Part shown: positions 1 to 11,480 of the stretch, in pieces
How positions within the stretch are numbered: the stretch's first letter is position 1
How the letters are laid out: each line of letters starts with the position of its first letter
Assembly (NCBI GenBank): GCA_013239625.1
Contig: MU055549.1
Location: forward strand, 372,001 to 436,000
DNA: 64,000 nucleotides
From: Lama guanicoe
Lineage: Eukaryota
Direction of reading: 5' to 3'
Program-made: the position numbers and the translations under genes
The notes under the pieces: generated by a model
Database searches by the model: none
What the model was told of the DNA's origin: nothing
The model's input: only the letters and a program-made list of their open reading frames with translations

Positions 1-244
1 CGGGGGCAGCCTGGTGGGCCCCTGGAAGGGCTGGCGCCGGGCAGGATCCCTGGGCACTGCCAGGCACAAGTCTGCCTGGCTTCACCCAGGGTGGGGGTCC
101 GATGGTCTTTTTAATGCTGAGCTCCTACTTGGGCTTGGGAGCTCGACCTCAGACCTCAGAGTTTCCAGGCGATTCCTTGTGGGGAGGGAGCCCCAGGGCC
201 AGAGAGTGCCCGTGCGCCTGCTCACGCCGGGGGCTCTCCCGCAG

Positions 245-348
245 TGGTCGCCCCCAGGGCCGCTCTGCCCCACGTGGAGCAGTACGAGGTGGTGCAGCCC
301 CGGCGCCTGCCAGGAACCCGCACCCGCCGAGCCCTGCCCTCCCACTTG
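245..348 (+). CDS. ADAM8: ADAM8 exon 2
   Basis: ccgcag|...[26 protein letters not shown]|gtaagt. Confidence 0.93.
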
Positions 349-824
349 GTAAGTCTCGACAGGAAGCTGTCCTGGGGTTCCCCACCTCGCTCACCCCATC
401 CCTCTGAGCCAGTTTCCTTCTGAGAGTGAGATGATAGCCCAGCCCGATGTGGAGGGTGGCCTTTGGTGCTGAGGGCCAGGTGGACTTCTGGATTTGGGGC
501 AAACCATGGAGGGGGCTCAGCCCACTTGGGCGGTCTCTGTCCAAGCCACCCCCTTCCCCCAGGCCTCACCTTCCGTCCTCGGCCTCACGCACACCCTGCG
601 TGGGGTGGCACCCACTGCAGCCGCCCTGTCTTCCTTTCAGGAACCACGCTGGTTGGGCCACTCCTCAGTTTCACTCCAGCGATAAGTCAGATTCCTCTTA
701 GATGGGAGGGGGTGGCTCCCCAGGGCGTGTAGCATTACACCTTTCTCGGACATCTGGGGCGGGGATTCCCCGGGGCTGCCCGGGGGCATTCCTGCGTCAA
801 GTGCGCATGAGGATGGGTTTACCT

Positions 825-865
<41 letters not shown>

Positions 866-3800
866 TCCGTCCGTCCGTGCATGTGAGTGTGTGTGGTGTG
901 TATATGTGTATGTGTGTGCCCGTGTGTATGTGGTGTGTGTGTGTGCGTGCGTGTGGCGGCAGAGGACAGCCCCATCCTGACCTCAGTGCAGAAGAGCCGC
1001 CTGCCACCTGGGCCCTCAGCCCACCCTGTGACATGGCACACACTGTCCCAAGGGGCCAGCAGCTGGCAGGAGCGCCCCTCAAATTGGGCCCAAGGTCGAA
1101 AGCTCACCTGCTGTAGGAGGGACGGCCCCGCCCCACACCTCTGCTGCCTTGGTTCTAGGGTTGTCTGTCAGAAGCTGTCTCCCATCCCTTTCTTCCTGGA
1201 AAAAGGATGTTGTCACTCTCCCTGCATGGACATATGGGGGATGTAAGCCTGGAGGGGCCCGGTGTGGTTCTGGGTGGAGCTCCCTGCTGCCTTGACCCTT
1301 CCAGTGCAGCCTTGGGCCCTACCTCCTTCCACTGGCCTGACTCAGCCACCCCCAGCTTTGAAGTGAACGTGGCTGGGGCAGGGCCCTTCATCGTGGACTC
1401 CTCCCTTTTCCCCTGGCTCAGGGCCTGTACCCAGAGAGCGTGAGCTATATCTTGGGGGCCCGAGGGCACAACTACACCCTGCACCTTCGGAAGAACAGGT
1501 GAGCAGGGTCTGAGCCTGCCCAGGTCTCGGTCCCCAGGCTGGTCCCTCTCCTGCCCCCAGCACTCCTGTGTCCCAGGCGTCCTGCCCCCCTGGCCCAGCC
1601 CCTCCACACCAGAGGTGGCTTCTAGGGGAAATCAAGTGGGGCCCAGAGTGCCACAGGGGCTCTTTTCCAGGGACCTGGTGGGCTCAGGCTACATGGAGAC
1701 CTACGTGGCTGACAATGGCTCCCAGGTGACCGAGCAGCTGCAGAGGCAGGTATGGGCCCCAGGGTGGCCCTCTCCAGGCTGGCAGTGGGGGTGCTGGGAG
1801 TTGGGGCACTAGAGCAGGGTCTTCATGCCCTCCTCCTGCAGGATCACTGCTTCTACCAGGGCCACGTGGAGGGGTACCAGCACTCCGCCGCCAGCCTCAG
1901 CACCTGTGCTGGTCTCAGGTGGGTGCTGCAGCCCTGGGCCAGGCATGTCAGTGTCAGGGCCCGACGCACTCCTCCGTCTCCAGGGAGGTGAACCGAGGCC
2001 CAGAAGAGAGGGGGGACCTGGGGACACCTGCTGCACTGGGGTGTCGGGGCCCCAGTTAGATGTCACAGGCCCCCGCAGGGCCCTGAAGGCACTGTCCTGC
2101 TGCATGTCGCTGGCCAGGGCCGCCTGTGCCTCCCTGGAGGGGCAGGCAGGGGACTGACTAACCCCAAGCCACCTGCTCCCTCTGCCAGGGGCTTCTTCCA
2201 GGCCGGCTCCGCTTTCCACCTGATTGAGCCCCTGGAAGTGGGCGGGGAGGAGGAGCAGCACGCACTGTACCAGGCAAGGCATCTGCGGCAGAAGGCTGGC
2301 ACCTGTGGGGTCAGCGACAGCAGCCTGCAGAGCGCCTTGGGGCCGCGGATCTCGGCAGCCTTCAGGCCCCGGGTGAGGGGGACCTGACTCACTTCATCCC
2401 CATCCACTTGGGCCCCTGCAGCCCCCAGACTCCTGTGTGCTCAACGAAGTGGGGGTGCTGCCTGCTGCCCTGTACTGGGGTGGGCCCAGTCCTGGCTTCC
2501 CCGAGCACTGTGTGGGGTCAGTGTGTGAAGGCTGTCTAAGGACAGCAGGGCTGTGGCTGTGGCTGACCGGCTTCCTGCCACTGCCCCTCAGAACTGGCCA
2601 CTATCCCGAGAGACCCGCTACGTGGAGCTGTACGTGGTCACGGACAGCACAGAGGTATGTGGGGTGGGCACAGGGGGCAGGACCCAGACGGCTGACGGGC
2701 TGTAACCTGAGGGTCCGCTGTCCCCCAGTTCCAACAGCTGGGGAGCAGAGAAGCCGTGCGCAGGCGGGTGCTGGAGGTGGTGAACCACGTGGACAAGGTA
2801 GGGGCCACTTCTGCCGGGGTGGGGGTTCTCCTCTAGGGGCTGCTAGGGGTCCTCCCAGCAGGGACTTCCAGGACATCCGGGTCCATTCCGGACCAGGCAG
2901 ACTCCAGCCCAACAGAAACCCTGATTGTGGAGGTTTGACGGCACCTGAAGAGGAGAGGAGGGGCTGGCTGTGATGGGCCTGGCAGCAGGTAGAGCCAGGA
3001 GAGGAGGGAGCTGGGACTTGGCCCTGTACTGGTGACAAGTCCATCGCATGGACACTGCCTGAGGGGCGCCGGCCCTCTCACCGGCCTAACCATCTTGAAC
3101 CTGACCCTCGGGACCCCTGTTCTCCCAGCTTTATCAAGAACTGAATTTCCGTGTGGTGCTGGTGGGCCTGGAGATCTGGAACAGTGGGGACAAGATTCAC
3201 ATCAGCTCCCAGGCCAACGCCACCCTGGAGAACTTCCTGGCCTGGCAGGCTCGGGAACTGGCAGGGCGCCGCCCCCACGACAACGCGCAGCTCATCACGT
3301 GAGCGGGGGCAGAGGACCACACATGGGGCTGGGAGAGCGGCACCAGGGTGGTCCCGGGGTGTCCACATGCAGACACTGCTCTCGTTTCCAGAGGGATTGA
3401 CTTCACCGGGACCACCGTGGGACTGGCCAAGGTGTCCGCCATGTGCTTCCAGGGCTCGGGGGCTGTGAACCAGGTGTGGAGATCCGGCCTAGGTTTTGCT
3501 GGAAAAAGGCTGGAGCTGGCCGCTGGGTGGGGAGCAGGGCTCAAGAGCTGGAGCTCGGATGTATGAGGGGGACCTCAGGACTCAGGTCCACCTGCTCGTC
3601 CCCCCACGCTATTGTCTGGACACCTGAGCAGCTTCCTCTTTTGGAAGAGGCACTGATGCTTTTACGTTTTAAGAAGTGATGTTGGCAGGAAGTGCCACCA
3701 AGGCCCTCAGCCTGCTTGGGGCAGCCAGGGCGGGAGGGTGGACGGGCCATGTGAACGGCCCCAGCCAGCACAGCCCTGCCTGCAGGACCACAGCCCGAAC

Positions 3801-6800
3801 CCCATTGGCGTGGCGAGCACCATGGCCCACGAGATGGGCCACAACCTGGGCATGGACCACGATGAGAATGTGCAGGGCTGCTACTGCCCCGTGCCACGGT
3901 CCGACGGTGGCTGCATCATGGCGGCCAGCATTGGGTGAGGCCCGGCCCCATCCACCCTGGGGGCACCCTGGGGGCTGGCGGCCTGCCCACCACCATGACA
4001 GGGATGCCCTCCCCTTAGCTCCAAGTTCCCCAGAAAGTTCAGCCAGTGCAGCCAGACCGACCTGGAGACGTTTGTGGAGAAGCCGAGGACGGCCTGCCTG
4101 GTGAACCCCCCGGACCTCAGCCGGCTGGTGGGCGGCCCTGTGTGTGGGAACCGGTTTGTGGAGCACGGGGAGCAGTGCGACTGTGGCTCGCCCCAGGTAC
4201 AGGGCCGAGCATCCCGCTGCCCTCTGCTCTCCACCAGCGTAGGGGTGCGGGGTCCCCATCCCCAGGTCAGGGCGTCCACTCCTGACCTCCCAGGTGCCCT
4301 GCACGCCCACAGCCGCACCTGCTGCTCCCTGGCACTGACCGGACTGGCAGGGGTCACGGGTGGGAGTGAGCGGACCTCCCGGGGGAGGGGCCCTGGGTCG
4401 GCTCAGACCGCTGCCCCTGCGCCTGCCCCTAGGACTGCCAGAACCACTGCTGCAATGCCACCACCTGCCTGCTGGCCGAGGGGGCCGAGTGTGCCCACGG
4501 CGCCTGCTGCCATGAGTGCAGGGTGAGCACGGGCCCGGGGGTGCTGGTGACACGGCGCAGGGCAGGCGTGGGTGCTGGGGTCCTCTATTCCCATGGTGAG
4601 CTTTGCTCTGCTGGACCAGGTGAAGCCAGCTGGAGAGCCCTGCCGCCCCGAGAAGGACTTATGTGACCTCGGGGAGTACTGTGACGGCCAGCAGCCAGCC
4701 TGTCCGGAGGACGCCTTCCAGGAGAATGGCACGCCCTGCCCTGGGGGCTACTGCTACAACGGGAAGTGCCCCACACTGGCCCAGAGTTGCCGGGACCTGT
4801 GGGGGCCAGGTGAGGCGGGCAGGAGCCCTGGGTGTGGGACCTGCTGGCCTGCCAGGTGGCTGCCAGTCCTGAGCTGGAGGACTCACTGCTCCTGGCCCCA
4901 CAGGCACTCAGGTTGCCGCGGAGATGTGCTACACCCACAGCATCTCCTCAGGCTGCAGCAGCGGGATCCCCCTGGGCTCTGACAGGTAATAGTCCATCTG
5001 TGACCTGGCTCCCCTGGGCCCAGGGTGTGGGATGTCCCCATAGGTGGGGCCACCAAGGAGTCTGCAGGCTGAGTCAGGGGACTCTCCCAGGGCCTGCCCT
5101 GCCTTCTAGGACCCCCGGGCCTGCTGCCCTTGTGGGAGGGTGGGTCACTGTGGCTGGGGGTGTGAACACCTGTGGGTGGACCCCAAAGCCCATCCGAGGG
5201 TCCTAGGCCTTGCCTACGGCTCCTAGTCCCCTCAGCAGGAGACGCTGTGGACTTGGCTCCTGGCACACCCCTCTGCCCTCAGGGTCAACATGTGCGGCAC
5301 TCTGCTCTGCGAGGGCGGGCAGAAGCCTCTGGAGCGAGGTTCCTGCACCATCTACTCCCGCATGGGCGCCTGCCAGGCTCTGCGCCAGGACGACAGCACT
5401 GCCTACGAGCCGGTGCCTGAAGGCGCCAGGTGCGGGGAGGAGAAGGTAGGGCTGGATGCAGCCTGCGGTCAGACTGCTGGGTCCCCAGGATTAGCTCGAG
5501 GGGCCCAAAGCCTGGCGGGAGGAGGGCTGTGCAGTAGCCTCTGTTCTGGGTAGAAACTCGGGAGGCTCTCAGCGTTGGGGGAGTAGCCCCTTCTCAGCTG
5601 AGGGATTTGAAGGCTGTCTGTTCTGCAAGTTCCCCGGGGACGGGTGGGGCGCTCCTCTGTGGCCTTGGGGGCCTAGGCTGGGCTGCAGATGGGGCTGTCC
5701 TGGGTGTGGGGCCGTGGCACACCCCTCCCTGTCCGAAGCACAGCTGCAGGTTTCAGGTGGGCTTCGACTGATGGGGGGGCAGTTCCCCAAGCAGGTTCTA
5801 GACTGGCTACCTAAGAGTTCCCCGCTGCCCCCCAGGTTTGCTGGAAAGGACTCTGCCGGGACTTTCACGTTTACAGATCCAGAAACTGCTCTGCCCGGTG
5901 CAGCAACCACGGGGTACGTGGGCCCAGGGGACGGCCTGCCACCAACCCTTTGGACTCAAAGATGTGTAGGCTGTGCTCGGGGCAGCCCAGGCAAACAGGG
6001 CAGAGGCCCGCGCCCGGGGACTGTGCCAGGAGCCCACGGGGGCCTCTCAGGCCTGGAACTGGCGTGGATCTGGGCATCCCAGGGTGCTCACAGTGCTGGA
6101 GAACACACAGGCCAGGCTGGTCAGATTGGAAGTGTTCTGTTCTGAGCTCCTAATAACATGTACTGTGATGTAGGGGAGGTCAGAGCCCCAGGGCAGGGCC
6201 CTCTGTGCCCCCGTCTCGGGGAGGACGGCCCACCACAAAGCTGCCCTGCCTGCCCTGCGGCGTCCTGCTTTGCTCAGAAAGCCTTGTCGATCGGAGCCCT
6301 CCTCCATCACCCAGGGGAGGGGCTGCTGTGGGTTGATGGTGGCAGCCCTGGACGCCCAGCCCGTCCTCCATCAGCGGAAGCCGGGGCAGAGCCCCTTGCA
6401 GGCTGAGGCCGGGCCTGCTGACTCGGGAGTAGATGGCACCTGGGTGGGCACCAGGCGGTGCAGTGGCGGGGGTCTGGAGACCCTGATGCCTGGTTGTCCC
6501 CCAGGTGTGCAATCACAAGGACCAGTGCCACTGCCACCCTGGCTGGGCCCCACCCTACTGCGCAGAGCTGCTGTCCGATGTGCGCACAGGTAGGGCCCGC
6601 GCCACCTCCGGGGTCTGGTCAGGGTTCTGTCTTTTCTCAGACCACTGGGGCAGGGCTGAGAGGCAAGCCAGGTGCCCCTAAACTGTGAGCAGCATATTGA
6701 AGACGTGGCTTTGCAGCCCCAGACATTCTGACCCCTGGGGTCCAGGGCAGGGCCCAGGAGCCTGTGCCCCCACCTCAGCCCTACTGAGACGGGGGGCCGG

Positions 6801-9800
6801 CCTGGGTGGAGCGGAGCAGGAGCAGCACAGGATAGCGCCAGCTTCTGGCGGGACTGTCGGCCCCAGCCTGGGCCCGGGGACCTCAGGGCCCCCCACCCTC
6901 TGAAGTATCTTCCTCCGCAGTGGCCACTGGACATGTGGCCATCCATAGCACCACGGCCTCTAGACCTGGTTGGGCTCCACCCATATCACTGTGGGCCTGG
7001 GGCCATCCACTGCCAAGCCCTCCGACCGGTCATCGGAGAGCCCAGAGCACCAGTGCAATGCACTGGGTCTCAAGGCCAAGGGTCCTTAGATGGCCCTGGG
7101 ATTTAGGGGAGGACCCAGGGCTCCGGGTTGTCGGCATGGCCAAGGAGGGGCGTGAGGAAGGCACCCCCTGGGGCCCCTGCTGCCCCGAGCCAGGTCCGGC
7201 CCTGGTGACACCCAGCCTCCTATGCCCCCACAGCATCCAGCAGCTTCCAGATGGGCGTGCTGGTTCCTGTGGTGCTCCTGGTGGTTCTGGCACTCACCGT
7301 GGCAGGAGTGGTCATCTATCGCAAGGGCTGGAGCCCAGTCTGGAAGAGGTGAGGGCTTTCTGGGGTTGCAAGGCACCCATGTGTGCAGAGCGTGCCCCCT
7401 GTTCGCACTGTTGGAGAAGGGAACCTCTCACGAGGGACCCCTGCCTCTCGCTGAATAGGTGGTAAGCAGTGGTGACAGGTTGGTGATGTGCAAGCTCAGA
7501 GAAGCCCTTTCCTCCCCCACACACTTGACCCCAGTTGGCACCGGCCACCCGCCGTCCTTGGACACGGCACTCTGAGCCTTCCCTGCACTGGGGGTCCCTG
7601 ACACCCGCTCTGTGGGGACCTCGAGCCCCAGGCCAGCCACAGCAGGGCACCCTTGCCCAGTGGCCTCCAAGCACCTCCCGCCCAGCTCAACTGGACCCTA
7701 GAACCGATGGGGCCCAGGACACATGAGGCTACCTCCCCCTCCTCGAGTGGCTGTGACCAGCGCACCACATAGGGGCAGCTGCAGCTGAAAAGGACCCTGA
7801 CCAGGCCTGGGGACCCTACATGAGGAGCCCCAAGTCCTGGACTGAATCCTGAGGCCAGGACGCACTGACTCACCTTATTTCTCACCAGGAATGTGGCGCC
7901 CAAGACGGCTGTGGGGCTCTCCAACCCTCTCTTCCATGAGAGGAACAGCTCACCAGTGAAGGGCAGGGTTACAGCTCCCCCCAAGGGGCCCCCAGAACCG
8001 ATCCTCACGTCCCGTCCCTGCCAACCCCCCAGGCCCACGGCCTCTGTGGTGACCCCTAAACGGCCTCCCCCTGCTGTAAGCATCTGCCATCCCCAGCGGG
8101 CCCCCCAGGCCTCCCCCAAATCTCATGCCAGGGTACGGTCCCCAGGGGCTTAGAGTGGCCACCACTGTCACCTATTTAGAGGAGAAACAAGGCTTCAGAA
8201 TGAGCGATCTGAGGACCCATGTGAGCTGGTGGCAGGATTGAATCTGAGGCCCAAGGCCTCTGCGAGATCCGTCATCCTCACTGCTGCCCAGTTCCTCCGT
8301 GCGTCCACAGGTCTGGGGGGCAGGCCCACAGCAGACTGATGGAGGACATGGCCCCACGCGCACATGGGGCTTTATTCTCCCTCGGGGGGGTCCTTAGCTG
8401 GGCGAAGGGCAGCTCTGAAGCCAGGGGTCCCTGCTGGTGGCCGCCCTGTGAGACCCCTGCTCATGCCCATTCCCTGCAGCGCCCAGCTGCCATGTCCAGC
8501 CCACTCTGCCCAGTCCCTGTGTACACCCAGCAGGCCCCAGACCAGGTGAGCCATGTGGGTACAGCTAAGCTGTGGAGGTGGAGGGGCTGGGGCTGGATTT
8601 CGCCAGGGACCCCAGGGTAGTGGCAGCTGCACCCTCGGGGGCTGACCACCTGCCCTGTGGCCCAGTGAGGACGTGAACTGGACCTAGGGGACCGGGGGGT
8701 CCTGACTGCTCTGCTCTCCCACCAGCCCAGACCTGCTCCTCCCGCCAAGCCCCTGCCAGCGCTGAAGCCCAAACAGGTAAGGGGACTTGGCCTTTGGGAC
8801 GCGGGGCTTATGGGGGCTCATCATCAGGCTTCCTCTGGTTTGAGGCTTCAGGGGTTCGGGGAAGCTCTCTCCCAGATACGCGTCACTGGTGCCCCCCCGC
8901 CAGCCCTCCGCCACTGGGCTCGCCGGGGATGCCCCTTGCACTCTCACAAAGTCTGGCCCTGGAGGGTCCCCTCCATGGCTGGGAGCCCCTCGGGTGCCTC
9001 TGGACAGACACACTCACCTCCTGGCAGGCGAGGGGGGAAGACTGCGGGGGCAGGAAGGCCCCCCAGAGGAACAGGTAGTGCCCCCCTCCTGGGACAGGGC
9101 TCTGCCCACCTGGCGCTCTGTGGGGCCCCATGTCAGTCTGTCCTCACAGGGGTGTTAAGTCACTGCTTGGTTGCAGTGGTGTCTGTGGGGAATCAAATCA
9201 CTGTAGGGCCCGTCTTCCCTTTGTGGTTAGTGTCTTGGACATACTTAGAGAGACGCCCAGCCTGTCACTCCTTAGACTGACCCACGAAGCCTCCGGCGGG
9301 GTCCTGCCCCATTAAAAGACCACACTATGGTGTTTGCTTAACAGAAATTCTCTACTTCTCTTTCCTTTTTAACTTTTTACTTTGAAGTAATTTTAGACTT
9401 ACATTAAAGTTACAAAAATAGTCTTTAAGAAAAGTCTTAGAAGGGGTCTTGACAGGCCAAACAGGGAGGGGGAGTGGGTAGAGATTTCTGGTGGCAGCCG
9501 TGCGCCCGGATTGTGCTGGAGGAGGGCGTGCACAGGACTTCCCCCAGCTGCTCAGCAGGCCATTCTGAGTATGTGGGCCTCCCTCCATTCCCGTTCCGGT
9601 TCCTGTGGGCCTGGGCTGAGCTGGGCTGCAGCTTGAGGCCTTCCTCCTGCACCCTGGAGCCCAGAGCCTAGGTGGCTCTGGAAAAGCAGAAGTGCAAACA
9701 AATGCGAATTTGAACTCCAAAGACTCACATTCTGGCAACTTAAGAGCTTTACTGCGTGGGGTGGATAGGGGTTTTGAGGCGAGATGAGGGAAGAGGGCCA

Positions 9801-10476
9801 GCTGGTGACGGGCTGATGGGCCCGGGAACGGGAGCCCTGCCACATTTGGGTTTCGTTCTGGGATGGGGACAGCCATGGGTGGGAAGGGTGTTGGGGGAGC
9901 TTTTCTTTAGCGGGCTTAGCAAAGAGAAGCCTGAAGGCCAGTCAGGAGCAGAGCAGGGAACCCAGGGAACTTTCTAGAAGATGCTGGGAAGATGGTGCCC
10001 TGGCATGTCCGGCCATCAGCTGTGTCTACCTCCTCCCAGGTCGTCAAGCCAACTTGCACGCCCCCGTTGCCACCCGTCAAGCCTGGGGCGGGGGAGGCCA
10101 AGCTTGGACCCAGTCAGGTGAGCGCCTTTCACACAGGGCAGTGTCCACCTGCGCTGCCCAAGAGGGTTAACTCTGCTGCCTTCTGTCAGTGATGCTGGTC
10201 CTACTGGCTGTGAACTTGCCTTTTTGCTCCACTGGAGTGGGGGGGGGGTCCACTCTTTATAAAGTGTCAGCTGCTAATATCACGGCTATCACAGCTCTCA
10301 CTGAGTGCACACAGTGTGGGATGAACTGAGGATCTGAATTTTTTAAAAAGTGAAAGGAAGTTCGATTCAGTTGGGCTCTTTGTAGCAAGTGGGTTTTAAA
10401 ATCAGTTCTTTTTTCCTCCTCCAAGGGAGCTGTTGGCCCAAAGGTTGCTCTGAAACCCCTCATCCAGAGGAGGTGA
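245..10476 (+). CDS. ADAM8: ADAM metallopeptidase domain 8, spliced CDS from exon 2 to stop (exon 1/signal peptide lies upstream of the window)
   Basis: 23 GT-AG-bounded exons sum to 2468 nt = 2 + 822 codons with no internal stop. They encode pro-domain (GTCGV Cys switch), catalytic [12 protein letters not shown] + Met-turn CIM, disintegrin, Cys-rich, EGF-like, TM and a Pro-rich tail ending KPLIQRR*. Confidence 0.97.
824..955. repeat. imperfect (TG)n microsatellite in ADAM8 intron 2
   Basis: long run of tgtgtg with interruptions. Confidence 0.95.
1422..1498 (+). CDS. ADAM8: ADAM8 exon 3
   Basis: ctcag|[25 protein letters not shown](R)|gtgagc. Confidence 0.95.
1671..1749 (+). CDS. ADAM8: ADAM8 exon 4
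   Basis: ttccag|[26 protein letters not shown]|gtatgg. Confidence 0.95.
1842..1918 (+). CDS. ADAM8: ADAM8 exon 5
   Basis: ctgcag|[25 protein letters not shown](R)|gtgggt. Confidence 0.95.
2189..2372 (+). CDS. ADAM8: ADAM8 exon 6 (cysteine switch)
   Basis: gccag|[15 protein letters not shown]...KAGTCGVSD...AAFRPR|gtgagg. Confidence 0.95.
2592..2654 (+). CDS. ADAM8: ADAM8 exon 7
   Basis: ctcag|[21 protein letters not shown]|gtatgt. Confidence 0.94.
2729..2797 (+). CDS. ADAM8: ADAM8 exon 8
   Basis: cccag|[23 protein letters not shown]|gtaggg. Confidence 0.95.
3129..3298 (+). CDS. ADAM8: ADAM8 exon 9
   Basis: cccag|[18 protein letters not shown]...HDNAQLI(T)|gtgagc. Confidence 0.96.
3392..3473 (+). 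CDS. ADAM8: ADAM8 exon 10
   Basis: ttccag|[27 protein letters not shown]|gtgtgg. Confidence 0.96.
3786..3934 (+). CDS. ADAM8: ADAM8 exon 11 (zinc-binding active site)
   Basis: [28 protein letters not shown]...GGCIMAASI; [12 protein letters not shown] at 3828-3863. Confidence 0.97.
4019..4196 (+). CDS. ADAM8: ADAM8 exon 12
   Basis: cttag|[11 protein letters not shown]...[20 protein letters not shown]|gtacag. Confidence 0.96.
4433..4522 (+). CDS. ADAM8: ADAM8 exon 13 (disintegrin)
   Basis: cctag|[30 protein letters not shown]|gtgagc. Confidence 0.96.
4620..4809 (+). CDS. ADAM8: ADAM8 exon 14 (disintegrin loop)
   Basis: accag|[21 protein letters not shown]...CRDLWGP|gtgagg. Confidence 0.96.
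4904..4985 (+). CDS. ADAM8: ADAM8 exon 15
   Basis: cacag|[26 protein letters not shown](R)|gtaata; phases match both neighbours. Confidence 0.9.
5283..5445 (+). CDS. ADAM8: ADAM8 exon 16
   Basis: ctcag|[12 protein letters not shown]...[14 protein letters not shown]|gtaggg. Confidence 0.95.
5836..5913 (+). CDS. ADAM8: ADAM8 exon 17
   Basis: cccag|[26 protein letters not shown]|gtacgt. Confidence 0.95.
6505..6589 (+). CDS. ADAM8: ADAM8 exon 18 (EGF-like)
   Basis: cccag|[28 protein letters not shown]|gtaggg. Confidence 0.95.
7234..7348 (+). CDS. ADAM8: ADAM8 exon 19 (transmembrane)
   Basis: cacag|[37 protein letters not shown](R)|gtgagg. Confidence 0.94.
7889..8075 (+). CDS. ADAM8: ADAM8 exon 20 (cytoplasmic)
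   Basis: accag|[15 protein letters not shown]...PKRPPPA|gtaagc. Confidence 0.93.
8480..8545 (+). CDS. ADAM8: ADAM8 exon 21
   Basis: tgcag|[22 protein letters not shown]|gtgagc. Confidence 0.88.
8726..8776 (+). CDS. ADAM8: ADAM8 exon 22 (51-nt symmetric Pro-rich exon)
   Basis: accag|[17 protein letters not shown]|gtaagg; resembles the mouse tail segment PPTKPLPELKPKQ as recalled. Confidence 0.85.
9350..9430 (-). mobile_element. short ancient L1 (L1M-type) 3' end fragment
   Basis: AT-rich ttttactttgaagtaattttagacttacattaaagttacaaaaatagt resembles antisense L1M 3' termini. Confidence 0.5.
10040..10117 (+). CDS. ADAM8: ADAM8 exon 23
   Basis: cccag|[26 protein letters not shown]|gtgagc. Confidence 0.93.
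10426..10476 (+). CDS. ADAM8: ADAM8 last coding exon
   Basis: polypyrimidine tract + ccaag|[16 protein letters not shown] (TGA 10474-10476). Confidence 0.92.
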   Translation, partial: GAVGPKVALKPLIQRR

Positions 10477-10967
10477 TGGGGCCCAAGCTCAAAGCACCCT
10501 GGGGGCATCTGTGTACCAGTCCGGACGTTGCCTGTGGTTCACGGGACCTTGCCACCCGCACGGCAGATGCAGCCCCCTGGCCCCAGGCTCTCTGTGCTCT
10601 TGCGCCCACTGTGAGAAGTCCTAAGAGAAGCGCCATCTCCTCGTGGCCGGGGTCACTCTTCGGCATCCCAGGGTCACAGCCAAGGGCCTCTCCCCCTGGC
10701 CTCGGGAATGGGTCACCTATGCTCTTTCCTGGGGTCAGTCCAGTCCCTCCTCACCCACGTGTCTCCAGACAGCCACTGGGGTCTTGTCTGGGTCTTTGAA
10801 ACCTCAGGTGCACATTCAGCAGGGCTGAAAGCGTTGAATTTTTTTGTATTTTATGATTAAGTTCTTGATCAAGTTCTAAATGAGGGGAGATTTTTACTAG
10901 ATCAGTGAAAAATGGTGCGGCGAAACAATGTGGAGTTTATAAGATTGAAGGGTCTAACGCTTATTAA

Positions 10968-10995
10968 AATAAAACGTCTACTGTAAATGAATAAA
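10968..10995 (+). terminator. ADAM8 polyadenylation signals
   Basis: AATAAA at 10968-10973 and 10990-10995 in an AT-rich 3' end, followed by a T-rich tract. Confidence 0.8.
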
Positions 10996-11029
10996 GTCAA
11001 ACTTTCCTCCTGCTTTTCTTAACTTGATC

Positions 11030-11480
11030 TTAAGCCCTCGCGAACCCGAAGTAAACAGCCAGGCCCTCCGGCGCGGAGGAGGGCAGCCGGCGCCCCGCCT
11101 CGGTCTCCCGGCAACGGCCCCGCCCTTCCGGCCCGTCTCCCGGCAACGGCCTGACGAGCGGCCAGGGAGCCCCCCTGGCCCCGCCGCCGTGGCCGCCCGG
11201 CGCCCTCTGCGGCCTCTACGCCTGGCTGGACGCGCTCCCGCTCCGCCGTCGCAAGCGCCACCTGGCCCGGGACTTCAGCCGGGCCGGGGGCCGGGGGCCC
11301 GCCGCGGGGGCAGGGCCGCCGCCGGGTCCCGGCGCTCTCCGCTCAGGGGAGGAGCCCGGCCGCCATCCCTCCCGCCAGCGAGAGCCCCGGGCGAGGGCCG
11401 TGCCCCGGGAAGGATCTCCCCTCCCCGAGCTCCATGCAAAGTTCAGAAGACCCCAGAGCGGGGGCGTGCGGGGCGCCCTG
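11030..11480 (+). promoter_or_regulatory. CpG island promoter of the SPEF1-like locus, with a forkhead site and two RFX X-box-like motifs
   Basis: dense CpG; GTAAACA 11051-11057; identical GTCTCCCGGCAAC at 11103-11115 and 11135-11147; GC boxes. Confidence 0.75.
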
